A stretch of 64,000 bases of DNA, from positions 20,025,231-20,089,230 of the forward strand of contig NC_083435.1 of the NCBI RefSeq assembly GCF_020745735.1. Direction: 5' to 3'. The notes under the pieces are model-generated. The model saw only the letters and a program-made list of their open reading frames with translations, did no database searches and was not told the origin of the DNA. The position numbers and the translations under genes were made by a program. The stretch comes from Hemiscyllium ocellatum (lineage: Eukaryota). This document shows positions 25,013 through 38,744 of the stretch, one piece after another; the stretch's first letter is position 1; every line of letters begins with the position of its first letter.

Positions 25013-25060
25013 AAATAAACAAACTGAGGGCAGAGCTAAGAAATTGTGGTGATACAAATC
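25013..25060 (+). CDS. Candidate exon, 48 nt, phase 1-1 (EINKLRAELRNCGDTN)
   Basis: gatctgtgctcccag|AAATAAACAAACTG...GATACAAATC|gtaagt; EIxxL start shared with the 44416 and 54897 exons. Confidence 0.7.
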
Positions 25061-25380
25061 GTAAGTAATAATTTATTGCTTCTACTTCGTATGCATATGA
25101 GTGAACCAACTCCACTAACGCTTTGAAGACATTGTGGCCTAGATCCAAAGATACAATTACAAACTTTAATCCACAGATGATCGTCAGTAGTGCACTCTCA
25201 TGCAATGTGCAATATGTGTTTTTGACAAATGCCTCATGAATACCTACACCCTTACATGTACACCTGCTTTGTCTAAGGTAACACAATGTTTGCTGAGTTG
25301 ATACTTCAATATCAACATTTGCATCAGCATTTGATATCAAATGCCTTCTTATGAATTTATTTGCTTCAATCTGTGAAAAG

Positions 25381-25422
25381 AAGGGGTTTTTGCTCCGAAA
25401 GAGGATCATGGAATGTGCACAG
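25381..25422 (+). CDS. Weak candidate exon, 42 nt, phase 1-1 (QGVFAPKEDHGMCT)
   Basis: ttgcttcaatctgtgaaaag|...GCACAG|gtagaa; open and frame-preserving, weak acceptor. Confidence 0.3.
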
Positions 25423-26736
25423 GTAGAAGTTTTTCTTCCTTTCTGTTAGATTTTACTCAATTTATTTCAATATCATTTTTAGAGTAGTGTTTGGTATGCT
25501 ACAGATTTTCCTCTTCACTTTCTCTATCTGCAACTCTTTTTTTTCCCCAAATTGCTATTAGTAGAACATCAGCGTAAATTTCTGAAGAGTGTTAGATGCA
25601 TATATAACTTGTCACAATGAAAGAGTAGTATTAATAAGCTTTCCTTGTGACAATAACTTTTTATAAGTGTTAGACTCTTGAAAGGGTGAACTTGACTTTT
25701 AGCCCTAACATAAAACTGTCGATTTCCAATAATACACCCATTGTTCATCTCTGTGCATCTAATTGATTCCAATTACATTTGCAACTAAGAGATAAGTACA
25801 GTGAACATCTAGTTTGATGTTAGTCATTCTACCATGTTGCAAAATGTTAAAAAAAAGTGCGCAGTTTGTTTTCGTTTTGGACCAGAGGACAATCAAAAAC
25901 ACACCAGAAATACATGACTAGCCATCCAACATGAAGGACAAATTGGACAGATTAGAGTTCTTCTTCCTACACTTGTATAGAACAAGAGACTTGGTCATAT
26001 GCAACAACAAAAGCGAAGACCAGAAAATAGTGGTATAGAATCAGATCATTCACCCCACCCTGTTGCTCGACCATTTGATCATGGTGATTTTTTTTAACTA
26101 TATTCTCCTGTCTGATTCTGGTTAATGAGTGGCAGAGCAAAACAAAACAAACAATAAAGTGCTCAATCAATCAGCAGGATTTGCATCACATTGCACCCTG
26201 TCTTTTCTTGGGATGGAAATTTGTCTCTGATGGTGCCAAAAGGATGGCCAAAGTATATTGACTGCCTGTTTCCATTTACAGCTATGATCCTATATGTATA
26301 CATTAAAAAAATTGTTGAAGAGTTTGGAGATTTAGGAAATAGCCTAAAGCACTCATAAGAACACAAATACGAGCATAAGAAGCAGGAGCAGGAGTAGGCC
26401 ATCTGGCCCTTCAAGCCTGCTTTGCCATTTACTAAGTCCATAACTGATGTTTTCGTAACCTCAGCTCCACTCACCCACCCTCTGACCATAGCCCCTAATT
26501 TCTTTACTGTTCAAAAAAAAATCTATCTTAGCTTTAGAAACATTTCCTGAGGAAGCCTCAGCCAGTTCACGGGACATGGAGTTCCATAGGTTCATAACCG
26601 TCTGGGTGAAGAAGTTTCTTCTCTATTCAGTCCCAAATCTGATCCCTAATTTTGAGGCTATGGCCTCTTGATATAATTTCACCCACAAATGGAAAGATCT
26701 ACCCTACATCTTTCTTATCTATTCTTATCTAGTCCT

Positions 26737-27142
26737 AGCATCGGAGGCTGAGGGGTGACCTTATAGAGGTTTACAAAATTATGAGGGGCATGGATAGAAT
26801 AGATAGACAAAGTCTTTTCCCTGGAGTCAGGGAATCCAGAACTCGAGGGCATAGGTTTAGGATGAGAGGGGAAAGATACAAAAGACACCTAAGGGACAAC
26901 TTTTTCACACAGAGGGTGGTACATGTATGGAATGACCTACCAGAGGATGTGGTGGAGGCTGGTACAATTGCAACATTTAAGAGGCATTTGGATGAGTATA
27001 TGAATAGGAAGGGTTTGGAGGGATATGGGCCAGGTGCTTGCAGGTGGGACTAGATTGGGTTGGGATATCTGGTCGGCATGGACAGGTTGGACGGAAGGGT
27101 CTGTTTCCATGCTGTACATCTCTATGACTCTATGACTCTATG
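26737..27142 (+). mobile_element. CR1 LINE 3' end (young)
   Basis: MRGMDRIDRQSLFPGVRESRTRGHRF...FFTQRVVHVWN; (TCTATGAC)n tail. Confidence 0.92.
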
Positions 27143-27690
27143 AAATGAGCGACTTCGCATTTATTAACATTGTACTCCATTAGTCAGACTTTTGCCCACT
27201 CACTTTAACTATCTATGTCCCTTTGCAAAGTTTCACAGTCTTCTGTACACTTTGCTCTACCACTCATCTTAGTGTCATCTGCAAACTTTGACACACTACA
27301 TATTGTGCCCAACTCCAAATCATGTTTTTAAACGGTGAATAATTGCAGTCCTAACACTGATCCCTGAGGCACACCACTAGTGATTGCTGAACGGAATATC
27401 ACACAATTATTCCCATTCTTTGCTTCTTGTCGGTTAACTAATCCTCTGTCCAAGCCAATACATTATCCATAAAGCCTTGCAACTTTACCTTTTGCTGCAG
27501 CCTTTTGTGCAGCACCTTGTTGTGTATCTTTTGGAAATTGAAATTCACCACATCTACTGGATCCTTGTTGTCCACTGCATTTGTCATGTTTTCATAGAAT
27601 TTAAAAAAGATTTGTTAATCATGATCTGCCCTTAATGGACCCATGCTGCATCTGCCCAATGGGAGAACTTCTATCTAGATGCCTTGTTAT

Positions 27691-28810
27691 AGAGCATAGA
27701 ACAGTACAGCACAGAACAGGCTCTTCAGCCCACAATGTTGTGCCGACCAATGATCCTCATGTAAGGTAAACCTAATGTATGAACCCTCAAATTTCTGTGA
27801 TCATATGCATGTCCAGCAGTCTCTTAAATATCCCCAATGATCTCGCTTCCCCAACTGCTGCTGGCAATGCATTCCATACTCGCACAACTCTCTGTGTAAA
27901 GAACCCACCTCTGACATCCCCTCTATTCTTTCCACCAAACAGCTTAAAACTATGACCCCTCGTGTTAACAATTTCTGCCCTGGGAAAAACTCTCTAGCTA
28001 TCAACTCTATCTATGCCTCTCATTATCTTGTACACCTCAATTAGGTCCTCTCTCTTCCTTTTTTTTTCCAATGAAAAATGTCCGAGCTCAGTCAACCTCT
28101 CTTTGTAAGATAAGCCCTCCATTCCAGGCAGCATCCTGGTAAATCTCCTCTGAACCCTCTCCAAAGCATCCACATTTTTCCTATAATAGGGCGACCAGAA
28201 CTGGACACAGTATTCCAAGTGCAGTCTAACCAAAGATTTATAGAGCTGCTACAAGATCTGACGGTTCTTAAACTCAATCCCCCGTTAATGAAAGCCAAAA
28301 CACTACATGCTTTCTTAACAACGCTGTCCACTTGGGTGGCAATTTTAAGAGATCTATGTATCTGAACACCAAGATCCCACTGTTCCTCCACACTGCCTAG
28401 AATCCTGTCTTTAATCCTGTACTCGCCTTTCAAGTTCGACCTTCCAAAATGCATCACTTCACATTTATCCAGGTTGAACTCCATCTGCCACCTCGCATGC
28501 TGTCAATGTCATGCTGCAGACTACAACAGTCCTCTATAGTGTCAATGACACCTCCAACCTTTGTGTCATCTGCAAACTTGCTAACCCATCCTTCAATCTC
28601 CTCCTCCAAGTCATTAATCAAAATTACAAAGAGTAGAGGCCCAAGAACAGAGCCCTGTGGAACACCACTCACCACTGACTTCCAGGCAGAATACTTTCCT
28701 TCTACTACCACTCACTGTCTTCTGTCGACCAGCCAATTCTGTATCCAGATAGCTAAATTTCCCAATATCCCATTCCTCCTGACTTTCTGAATGAGCCTAC
28801 CTTATCAAAT
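27691..28810 (-). mobile_element. CR1 LINE, 5'-truncated (young)
   Basis: [14 protein letters not shown]...SKFADDTKVGG; [18 protein letters not shown]; CR1 tail. Confidence 0.92.
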
Positions 28811-29059
28811 GCAATTTCTTCCTTATTATTAGTCTCAAGTATTTCCTCACTGCAGGAGTTAACTGATCTATAATTCCCCAACTTTTGTCTACCTCCCTTT
28901 TTAAACAGTGGCATCACATTTAGTGCTTTCCAATCTTTTGGGACTACCCAAGAGTCTAATGAATTTTGGAAAATTACTGCAGTGCATTTGCGATTTCTGC
29001 TGTTAACTCTTTGAGCGCCCTGGGATGCATTCCATCAGGAGCAGAAGACTTGTCTACAT

Positions 29060-29630
29060 CTTTGGATGTAGATTTGCTCACCAAGCTGGAAGGTTTGTTT
29101 TTAGATGTTTTGTTACCCTACTAGGTAACACCTTCCGTCAGTCTACAGATGAAACACTGGTGGTATAGCCCACTTTCTACTTATGTGTTTGGGCTTTATT
29201 GGGTAATTTCCCAGGATGATGTATTTTTCTCAGGGGTGGTGAATGGGATCCAAGTCAATGTGTTTGTTGATAGAGTTCCAGTTGGAGTGCCATGCTTCTA
29301 GGATTTCTCATATATGAGAATTCCTAGAAGCATAACATTCCAACTGGAACTTTATCAACAAACACATTGACTTGGATCTCATTTACCATGCCATGAAATC
29401 ATTACAGGAAATGACAATACTACTGGAAATGATGTCACAACATGAAATGACATCACTGATCAAAGGAAACCCAAATGCAAAAATAGAAAGTGGCTATACT
29501 GCTAGTGCTTCATCTGGAGGCTCACTGAAGATGATACTTAGTATGGTGACAAAACAAACCTTCCAGCTCAGCGATCAATCTTACATCCAGAACCTCAACC
29601 TGAGCTACAAATCTTCTTAAAACTCGTTAA
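29060..29630. mobile_element. Palindromic element made of two head-to-head Penelope-like 3' ends
   Basis: Near-perfect inverted arms 29247-29312 / 29313-29378 with no spacer; arm encodes EFLEA.HSNWN.INKHIDLD, like a GIY-YIG C-terminus; outer arms also pair (ggatgtagatttgctcaccaagctggaaggtttgt / aaaccttccagctcagcgatcaatcttacatcc). Confidence 0.75.
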
Positions 29631-31454
29631 CTACCTCTGTCGTGATAATGACTGTTTTCAGACCCTCGCCTATCTTCACCTCTTTGTCAATTACTGAAAT
29701 GTTATCCATACCTTAAAAAAACACAAAATGCCTATTCAATGCCTTGGCCATTTCCTCATATCCCATTACTAAATCCCCCTTTGCATCCTCTAAAGGATTA
29801 ATATTTACTTTAGCCACTCTTTTTTGTTTTACGTATTTCCAGAAACTTTTTCCATTGTCTTTATACCATGAGCTAGTTTTTCTCATGATATATCTCACTT
29901 TTCTTTATAGCTCTTTTTGTGGCTTTCTGTTGACCTTTAACGCTTTCCCAAACTTCTAGTTTCCCACTGATCTTGGCCACTTATATGCCTTCTCTTCCAA
30001 TTATTTCCTTAGACACCCATGGCAGACAACTCCATGTCCTGCGGTCCCTCCTTTTTACCGGAAGGACTTTTGCTGAGCACTTTGAAATATTGCTTTGAAA
30101 GTCTTCCACTGCTCGCTAACTGTCCCATCATGAAGTCCTTGCTTCCAGTTTACTTGAGGTAACTCTTCCCTCATTCTATTGTAAGCTCCCTTTTTAAGCA
30201 TAGGACCCTGGTATTGGATTCTATTTGTATTCTAAATTCAACCATACTGTGATTGCTCCTTCCAAGAAGATCCCTAACAATGTCATCATTAATTATTCCT
30301 GTTTCATTACACAGGACCAGATCTAGGAAAGCTTACCTGATCGGTTTCATTGCATAATGTTCAAGGAAACTATCGCGGATACATTCAATGAACTCTTCCT
30401 CGAGGCTATCCTGACAGACGTGGTTCGACTAATCGACATGTAAATTAAATCTCCCATGGTAATTGCTATACCATTTTTATAGGCATTAGTCATTTCTTTG
30501 TGAATTGTCCGCCCCAATGTGATATTAATATTTGGTGGCCAATAGACTGTACCTTTCAATGACTTTTTCTTCTTAGGATTTCTCATTTACTCCCAAATGA
30601 TTCCAACCGTATTCTCCATAGAACCTGTATCATCTCTCAACAACGCCCTGATATCATCCCAAATATCAGAGCTGCACCGCTTCTCTTATCGCCCGGTCTG
30701 TCATATATGTTATTTAAAGATTGCTGAAAGGGTAAAATAGCAACGGTGCACTATTTTTATGTGCCCATGCAAGATATTGAAATTTGCGCAGATTTTGCCA
30801 GATCCGCGGTGTATGCTTAGCAGTTTCTTTTCTCATTTCACTTTTCATTCATTCACAGCACTTTGTCTTTGTATAGATAAGTGGACAGCTATTTTAGTGT
30901 TCTAACTTGAATAGATGTAAATACTTGAAACGACTCAGCTTTCTTTTTTTATAGGCGGAGGATAATGGAAACAAACATATAACTGATCAGTTCAGTTACG
31001 TTTAGTTATTCTCAAGTGTTGTATAAGTTGTAAAAAAAATGTAAAGAAACGTCACTAGTAAGCGTTTTCAAACTAAACAATTATCTTGTTTGAATCTCCC
31101 GATTGCTCCCTCTTGCTAGTTACGGATGTAATTTTTGGTATACAGTAATTGTATTTCACATATTTTATTCGATTTATTCATTTTTTTCTCAAGAACAATG
31201 AGTGAAAGAAAAAAAATCATCCATCATTCCACTTAAGCTATAAATGTTACTATATGTTCAATTTCTGATATGATCCCCATCACTTGAATTGAAATTAGAC
31301 TGAATTGCATTTCAATTATACCCGTCACAAGGACCGGAAATCCATTTTGCTGCCCGTTCAATATGTTTGGAGAGCCGCCAACACCGCAAAATGGCAAAGG
31401 CGACAACAAATAGCGCGGAAGAAGCTCCAACAAGAATACCCTGATAATGACCAG

Positions 31455-32275
31455 GTCATTTGAAATGTGGCCGAACCAAAGTCCGATACAACCGTAACAT
31501 GATTTGCCAATCCTTGTATTCAATACCCCATCCGATGAGGGAAAGCCTGCTGTATGCCTTCTTAACCACTCAATCGATCTGCATTGCCACCTACAGGGCA
31601 CAATGGACCTGAACACCAAGCTCTCTCCCTACGTTTATCGTATAGTTCGCTCTTGAACTGGAACTTCCAAAATGCATCACCTCGCATTTGCCTGGATTGC
31701 ACTCCACTTTCTCTGCCCAATTCTCCAATCTATCTATATTCCGCTGCATTATCTGACAGTCCCCTTCACTCTCTGCTACTCCACCTATCTTAGCAGATGA
31801 CACTAAGTTGCTAATCATGCCATCTATACTTTCCTTCAGATCATGGATGTATATCAGAACCAACAGTGGTCCCAATACGGATCCCTTGGAACACCACTGG
31901 TCACTGTCCTCCACTTTGAGATACTCCCTTCCACTACTACTCTCTGTCTCCTGCTGCTAGGCAGTTCTATATCCATCTCGCGATTATACCCTGGAACCCA
32001 TGCACTTCACTTTCTCCATCAACATGTCTGGGGAACCTTATCGAACGTCTTACTGAAGTTCAAGTATATGGCATCTACAGTTGTTCCCTCGCCAATCAAG
32101 TTTGTCACTTCCTCAAAGAATTGTATTAAGTTGGTAACACATGACCTTTCCTGCAAAAAAAATCATGTTGTCTGTCACTGATAAGCCAATTTTATTCCAA
32201 ATGTTAATAGATCGTATCCCTTAGTATCTTCTCCAGCAGCTCCCCTACCACTGACGTCGGGCTCACTGATCTATA
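31455..32275 (-). mobile_element. CR1 LINE internal RT fragment
   Basis: KGSVLGPLLVLIYIHDL...NIDRLENWAEK...KCEVMHFG. Confidence 0.85.
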
Positions 32276-33049
32276 ATCAATATAGGCTAGTTAAAATATA
32301 CGCTATTCTGCATGAAACAAAAAAACCTAGTTCCTTGACAGTTAGTCAAATGCATCATTTCGTGTATTTTTTCGCAATTCATGCGATACTATGTCACGAA
32401 ATTGTTTGCTTTTTTTTACCGCTTTGTAACCTGTCATCCATTTCCCAACGGGCGGTGAGTTAAGGAAGATCAGAAGGCATTTTCTAACAAAAGATATGAA
32501 CTTTTCTTTAGAAAAAAAATTGTTCAAAAATACCGAAATGTTGTTACAGAGGGCAACCGAGTTGCTTGCAAATAGTTTAAATCGAATTCCTCTTTCTCAT
32601 CACAGTCAGAATAAGTTTTCTGTTCAAAATTATATCTCTTCAAATAGTTTGGCAATATCCAAATCCTTTGATATTACATTTCGGCAGTCAGTAATATTAC
32701 AAGACGGCTTCAACCATGAGCAAACAGATTGTCTTATTCCAGGAGAAAACGCAACAGGTTTGGCAGTATTCGTGAATGGTGAAGCAGAGTTAACATTTCG
32801 ATTCTAGTGTGACTCTTCTTCAGAAATGTTGGAACCAAACTGGTGAGTTTCTCCCGGATATATATTTTTATTTCAGATTTTCGGCATCCACAATTTTTTG
32901 CTTTTATTTAAAAGTGGCCGATTCGGACGACCTTAAGGATACAACAGTGATCTACCCGACTATCTCGGCCGTACCTTAATGATACGTTTTTGGTTCCATC
33001 ATATATTTCCTCTAGACGTTGTTCTTTGACGATATTATCGGAAAACACA

Positions 33050-33360
33050 TTCGTTTTCGAACGTAATATGATGAGAGGCAACGCTGCATCATCACTGTCT
33101 CCCTTGGCACCTCCAGTTTTGTTTCATTATTCGACAGCTTGTTCAGATTCAGTAGTTGCTGAGCCCACTGTTTCCTCAAGATAAATATCGGAAAAGTCAA
33201 CGCCAGTATATTCGGTCTTCACCCAAAACTGTGCCTCCAGTTAGCAAGTCAACCCCATTCTCTTGCAATGACCTAAAGTTAAATCCCATGAGACTATCTG
33301 CATTTGTACATCACCTAAGGCCGTACCTGCCTCAGCTAATCTGATTTCGAAAATATCTTT
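33050..33360 (-). mobile_element. Second LINE family, endonuclease-region remnant
   Basis: VPRETVM motif on the minus strand matches the plus-strand copy near 61270. Confidence 0.5.
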
Positions 33361-33926
33361 GGTAATTCAAAAATAAGCATTCCCCTTTAGTTTCACGTGA
33401 TCTAATTTTCGCAAACTTCAATTTAACAAAATCTCAGCCGTCCTGTCCTTACTCCTAGTAAATGTGAAAACACATCAATGACATGTTCATTGAGTTGTTT
33501 CTGTACAAATAACGTGAATGTTGCAAAATTGATATCTATAGTTATAATTTTTCGAAAACATCACGTCTGTGCTTCTCAAAAATATTATCCTTGCCACATT
33601 CGACTCTGAAATAAGCATGCTCACATTATTTGACTTATCCAATATTCTGGATTTTAGTTGCAACATAGTTTCCAGAAATACATGTAACTGCCAGTATCAC
33701 AAAACCTGGAATTCTATCCTGAGAACTCACATAACCATCTCACAAACTGTTTTCAAAACGCATTTACTCCTAACTCCTTGTGCAAAGCGTTGATGTTTTG
33801 TCCCAACATCGGATCAGCGTCAATGTTCCTTTTTGAATGGCTTGTGGAACACTTTGTGACATTTGACGAACTAAATATATTTCTTTAGTACGCCTTTCTG
33901 TGTGGTACCATTGAAGAATACTTCAG

Positions 33927-33965
33927 ATAATTCGATATTGAACACGAAACGTTGGTGGTACCTTG
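33927..33965 (+). CDS. Weak candidate exon, 39 nt, phase 1-1 (DNSILNTKRWWYL)
   Basis: atacttcag|...CCTTG|gtaagt; perfect donor but short pyrimidine tract. Confidence 0.3.
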
Positions 33966-35244
33966 GTAAGTCAACATGTCCACAATGCTGTCATTCATTA
34001 ACACGCAGAACCTGTACGTGACAATTAAGATAATAAGTCAGGAAAAGAAAATATTACAAATTGACCTAAATTGAACGCCCGATCGATCATAACCTGGAAA
34101 GACAATAGCAGCAGATGCTTGGGAATCCCATCACGTGTAATTTCCTTCCAAGTCACTCGCCATCCCGACTTGGAAGCATGCCCCGTTTTTTCAATGTGCA
34201 AAATTCTAAAGCTTGCACCCTTACAGTGCCTAGGTCAAATGTACTGCAGCATTTCAATAAGATATTTCACTGCAACCTTCTCAAGGGAAACGTTGGATAG
34301 GCAATAAATGCTGGCGACGCTCGCATGCCACGAATGAATATAAAAAGCACACTGTCGTCAAACACCTTGTAATCAACTACATCTATCGCTGTCAATAACA
34401 TGGTTCAGTGCCTATGTTGTTTCCAACAATCGGTGCAGCCTGGCACAGGACCCTGGGAGCTTACATACTTCTTAAAACAGTAAGGAGAAATGTACCATAC
34501 ATTTGCCATTAAGCATGTTATCTGTATACTTCTGCATGCTATCACTTGTATGTTTACTTGCATCGTTTTATTTAATTTTCTACATACTGATTTTGAGTTT
34601 TTTTTTCTTGAAATGAATAGTTTGAGTTTTAATTATAGCCCTTATTGCAAAGTTAATAAGTAATATATCTTTCGGTAATGTTTGCCTTATGCTTAATTAT
34701 TTTGAATTTTAAAGACAGAAAGGGAGATAGATCTCTCTTGGATCATAGGGTGTGTCCAAACAGTTCTTTTGGATTCGGCTACATATTACTAAGAGTCGAC
34801 AATAGCAACTTGATTAAATGTGAATGTTTCTTAAGTTTTAATAATGATAAAAGTAAGACCAATAAATGGAAAATAAAGGAGAAAAGGGAACAAGTCTGAA
34901 GCCCTTCTGCCCGTCTGGGATCCCTCGATCGACGGCTGGTCTGGGGCTTAGGTTTGTTCCTGACACCGTTCGCGATCCTAGTCCAAGGTGAAGTCCCTCT
35001 CTCGGAACGACACACACTCTCTCTTCTACAGTTTAACAAAACAGACAGTAAAGTAACAGCTACAGAACAAAAAAAAAGCTACTTGTACCCTGGAGAAGGA
35101 ATGTTCACAGGACTCGTTCACAGTCTTGCAGCTTGTCTTGAATCATCAATAATTTTAGCCCTTCAGTCGATCCTAGCTATCTATTTTCTATGCAGCTGTC
35201 GAATATCATCATTAACTTGTAGCCCTTCGGCCCATCCAATACAG

Positions 35245-35256
35245 GATCTCAGACTG
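35245..35256 (+). CDS. Weak candidate 12-nt micro-exon, phase 1-1 (GSQT)
   Basis: cccttcggcccatccaatacag|GATCTCAGACTG|gtaagt; acceptor choice is ambiguous. Confidence 0.3.
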
Positions 35257-35699
35257 GTAAGTTATTTACGTGATTCTTTGTTGCTGTGTGATGCTCTCCG
35301 GTAGTAAGTGGTCAGAGGATTTCATCCTCTAGAGGGAAAAATCTTTTAAATATATGATTGTGTGGGATACGATGACACGGTAATACGAAGATAATCACAG
35401 TCCCGGAGAATTAATATTTTACAGTTGCTCTATAAGTTACAACTGTCTAAGTCAAACTGTAGACGTGAAATTAAATTGCAGGGCTAGAGTTCACTTGATG
35501 GGACGTTCAGAAAAATGAAGAGGGCATCAAGACAATCAGAGTCCGCCATATGGTGTCAGAACGTTGCAATTGAAGTGTGTGCAGAGAAATAGGAAAAAAG
35601 ATTGAGAACTGTCACAATTCCCATCCCTGAACACAGTTAAAATCCCTTTCTGAGCACACCATTCAGAATACGACAGACACAAAGGTATCACGATGAATA

Positions 35700-36870
35700 T
35701 TATTCAGAATGTTAGAGGCATTCTTACAAAATATATCTGCGGTAATTTGTGGACTTACATGTTGAAACACAGGAGAAAATGGCAAAGGAGATATTTAGCT
35801 CTGTTTGTTAAGTGTTGAAATCAGTACAGCAGATTAAATCAATCTTAGTTTGGATTATTAGCAGGTAAAATTAGTTTTGTAAGAAATGACAAATGGCAGA
35901 ACTCTCTGATGGAAAAAGCTATAGGTCACCTGACATAGAAAAACAAATACGATTGTGTTTCTCAAAAAGTAAAAGGAGCTTGTGAGAAAGGTGCTGCAAT
36001 GAACATTGGAGATCTTGATCTTCAGTTAAATTACAGAAACAGAATTAGCAGAAGTTGCCTTCAGGCTGAAAGGAAAGTGTGTTCTCAACAATCAGAAACA
36101 ATCAGGGAATACACTATTTTTGACCTGCGATTGTGCAAAGGGACACGATTAATTAGTGGCCGAAAAGTTCATTATGATGAATTTAACAATGTACTGATAG
36201 ATGTGCATGTTTTATTTGCAGTTAAGAAAGCTTGGGTCTGAGATTAGTGTCTTATATTAAATAAAGATATCAAATTGAAAGAAGAGAAGTATAATGTTAG
36301 AGATTAATCAAAACATTGGACAAATGTTAGGAACCAATAAATATTTACCTACAAATGTTTCAGAAATTAGAATAAGATAAAAAAAAGCTATCAAGAGGCA
36401 GTGAAGCTGCTACATACAGATGAAAAGAAAACAGGGTGTGCCACATGCACATTGATTCTTAATGGAATGAGATTGCAGATTTAATAACAGAAAACTGGCA
36501 GAGACTTTTATCAAGCACTTTATACTGGTCAGCATAGCAGAAGACACAACTGATGCCCAGGGAGAAAATAAAGATTAAAAGCAAGAGATCTTCATGATTG
36601 GTAGAAAATAAAATATGATAATTACTCATGGAACGAAAGGCTGACCGAGCAGATGGCCTATAATAAACATTTTAAAATAAGTTGCTGCAGAGATAGTGTA
36701 CTGCTCGGTTGCATTCCTTCAAAATTCCCAAAATCGTGGAAAGCATAGCAGATCGGAAAACTTCATGTGTATATGAGTGGAGCACAGAAAGCAAGGAGGG
36801 ACAGATCTGTAAACTGATCAGTTGTTACTGGAAGAATATTGAAATACAATATTAAGTACTTAATAGAAAG
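35700..36870 (+). mobile_element. Highly decayed CR1-like LINE (endonuclease to linker region)
   Basis: Remnant motifs (IGDL.L.LNY, IFDL.LC, ttttaaaataagttgctgcagagatagtg). Confidence 0.45.
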
Positions 36871-37127
36871 AAATGTCAAAATAAAGGAAGTTCAAAGGCC
36901 ACAACAGTTTTCCAAAAGCACTGGTTGAATTCAAACAAGGCATGATAAATGATGCACCGCTCCAAATTGTAACTCCCGTAATCCACATTGCAAGGCCTAC
37001 TTCAAGTTGCGTATTCGTGTAATCCCAATACCATCTGGCATTGTTAAACACGGCTGAAATTCAAATTGTGTTTTTGACAATCAGGCTATATTCGTGATGG
37101 GGAAAAATGCATAACAGATGCTCGGGT

Positions 37128-38230
37128 ATAGAACAGAGAACATTACAGCGCAGTACAGGCCCTTCGGTCCTCGATGTTGCTCCGCCCTGCCATACTAATC
37201 TGAAGCCCATTCAACCTATACTATTCCATGTACGTCCATATGCTTGTCCAATGACGACTTAAATGCACTTAAACTTGGCGAATCTACTAAAGATGCAGGC
37301 AAAGCATTCCATACTTTTACTATTCTTTGAGGAAAGAAACTACCTCTGACATCTGTCTTATACCTATCGCCCCTCAATTTAAAGTTGTGTCCCCTCGTAT
37401 TTTCCGTTTCCATACTTTGAAAAAGCTTTCCCTATTCACCCTATCTAAACCTCTGATTATCTTGTATGTCTCTATTAAGTCATCTCTCAACCTTCTTCTC
37501 TCTAACGAGAACAGCCTCAAGGCCCTCAGCTTTTCCTCGTAAGGCATTCCTTCCATACCAGGCAACATCCTAGTAAATCTCCTCTGCACCCTTTCCAAAG
37601 CTTCCACATCCTTCTTATAATGCGGTGACCAGAACTGTACACAATACTCCAAGTGTGGCCGTATCAGAGCTTTGTACAGCTACAGCATAACCTCCTGGTT
37701 CCAGAACTCACTCCCTCTATTAATAACACTGTATGCCTTCTGAACAACCCTGTCAACGTGGGTGGCAACTTTCACGGATCTGTGTACATGGATACCGAGA
37801 TCTCTCTGCTCACCTGCATTCCCAATAATCTTACCATTAGCCCAGTACTTTGCATTCTGATTACTCCGTCCAAAGTGTATCACCTCACACTTGTCCACAT
37901 TAAACTCCTTTTGCCACCTCCCAGCCCAGCTCTGCATCTTATCTATGTCTCTCTGCAACCTACTGCATCCTTCGTCACTATCCACAACTCCACTGACCTT
38001 AGTGTCATCCGCAAATTTACTAATCCACACCTCTAAGCCCTCATCCAGTCCATTTATAAAAATGATGAACAGCAGTGGACCCAACACTGACCCTTGCGGT
38101 ACACTGCTAGTAACTCGACACCAAGATGAACATGTTCCATCAATTACAACCCTCTGTTTTCTTTCAGCAAACCAATTATTGATCCAAACTGCTATCTCTC
38201 CCACAATCCCATTCCTCTGCATATTGTATA
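37128..38230 (-). mobile_element. CR1 LINE, 5'-truncated (young)
   Basis: [17 protein letters not shown]...SKFADDTKV; [14 protein letters not shown]; NTRGHNFKL. Confidence 0.93.
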
Positions 38231-38554
38231 ATAGCAAAACACATGTTGTTTACGACAAATAAATCTTTTCTTAATTCCTTTCCACTAACTCCTTGATACA
38301 GTATTCTAATATTCTCTCATTAACAGGTGTCAGGCTTACTGACCTACAGCTTCCTATCTTCTGTAGACAGTAAAACAAACACAAAAAATTGGCAAATACA
38401 GAATTTCAAACAATGGAGTTGAAAGCATATTCATATTAAGATAGTGTGTTTACACAGATCGTCGCAATTTTGTTTGCATTTTCACTGCAAATTTTCACAG
38501 GCCCCTCTGCATGCAATGTAACCAGCAACTAATTTTTGACAAATTTACTTCCAG

Positions 38555-38590
38555 AAAAGGAAAAATTAGAAGCAATCCTTAAAGATGTCG
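38555..38590 (+). CDS. Micro-exon, 36 nt, phase 1-1 (EKEKLEAILKDV)
   Basis: aatttacttccag|...GATGTCG|gtacgt; 31/36 identical to the 52068 exon, differences mainly synonymous. Confidence 0.85.
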
Positions 38591-38744
38591 GTACGTTAGT
38601 GTGACAGATGTCCTTTTTCAATGGTTTACTTCTATGAAGTCGCAGGCATGAATAGACCCCATCTACGAGAACAATTTCTGGCATAGTACTGAATACACAA
38701 GACAGTAAATGAAATGCAATATAGCATTGTATCATTGAAAACAA

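Larger units (their letters stand above)
26350..30700 (-). mobile_element. Older CR1 LINE (3' end through endonuclease) with three nested insertions
   Basis: 3' tail at 26350, KFADDT region at ~27280, SFWKYVKQKR (29713), GTVYWPPN...ITMGD (30347). Confidence 0.75.

Noticed and set aside
25562-25588. 27-nt segment VEHQRKFLK after a strong pyrimidine tract
   Set aside because: The donor AGA|gtgtta is too weak to support without transcripts
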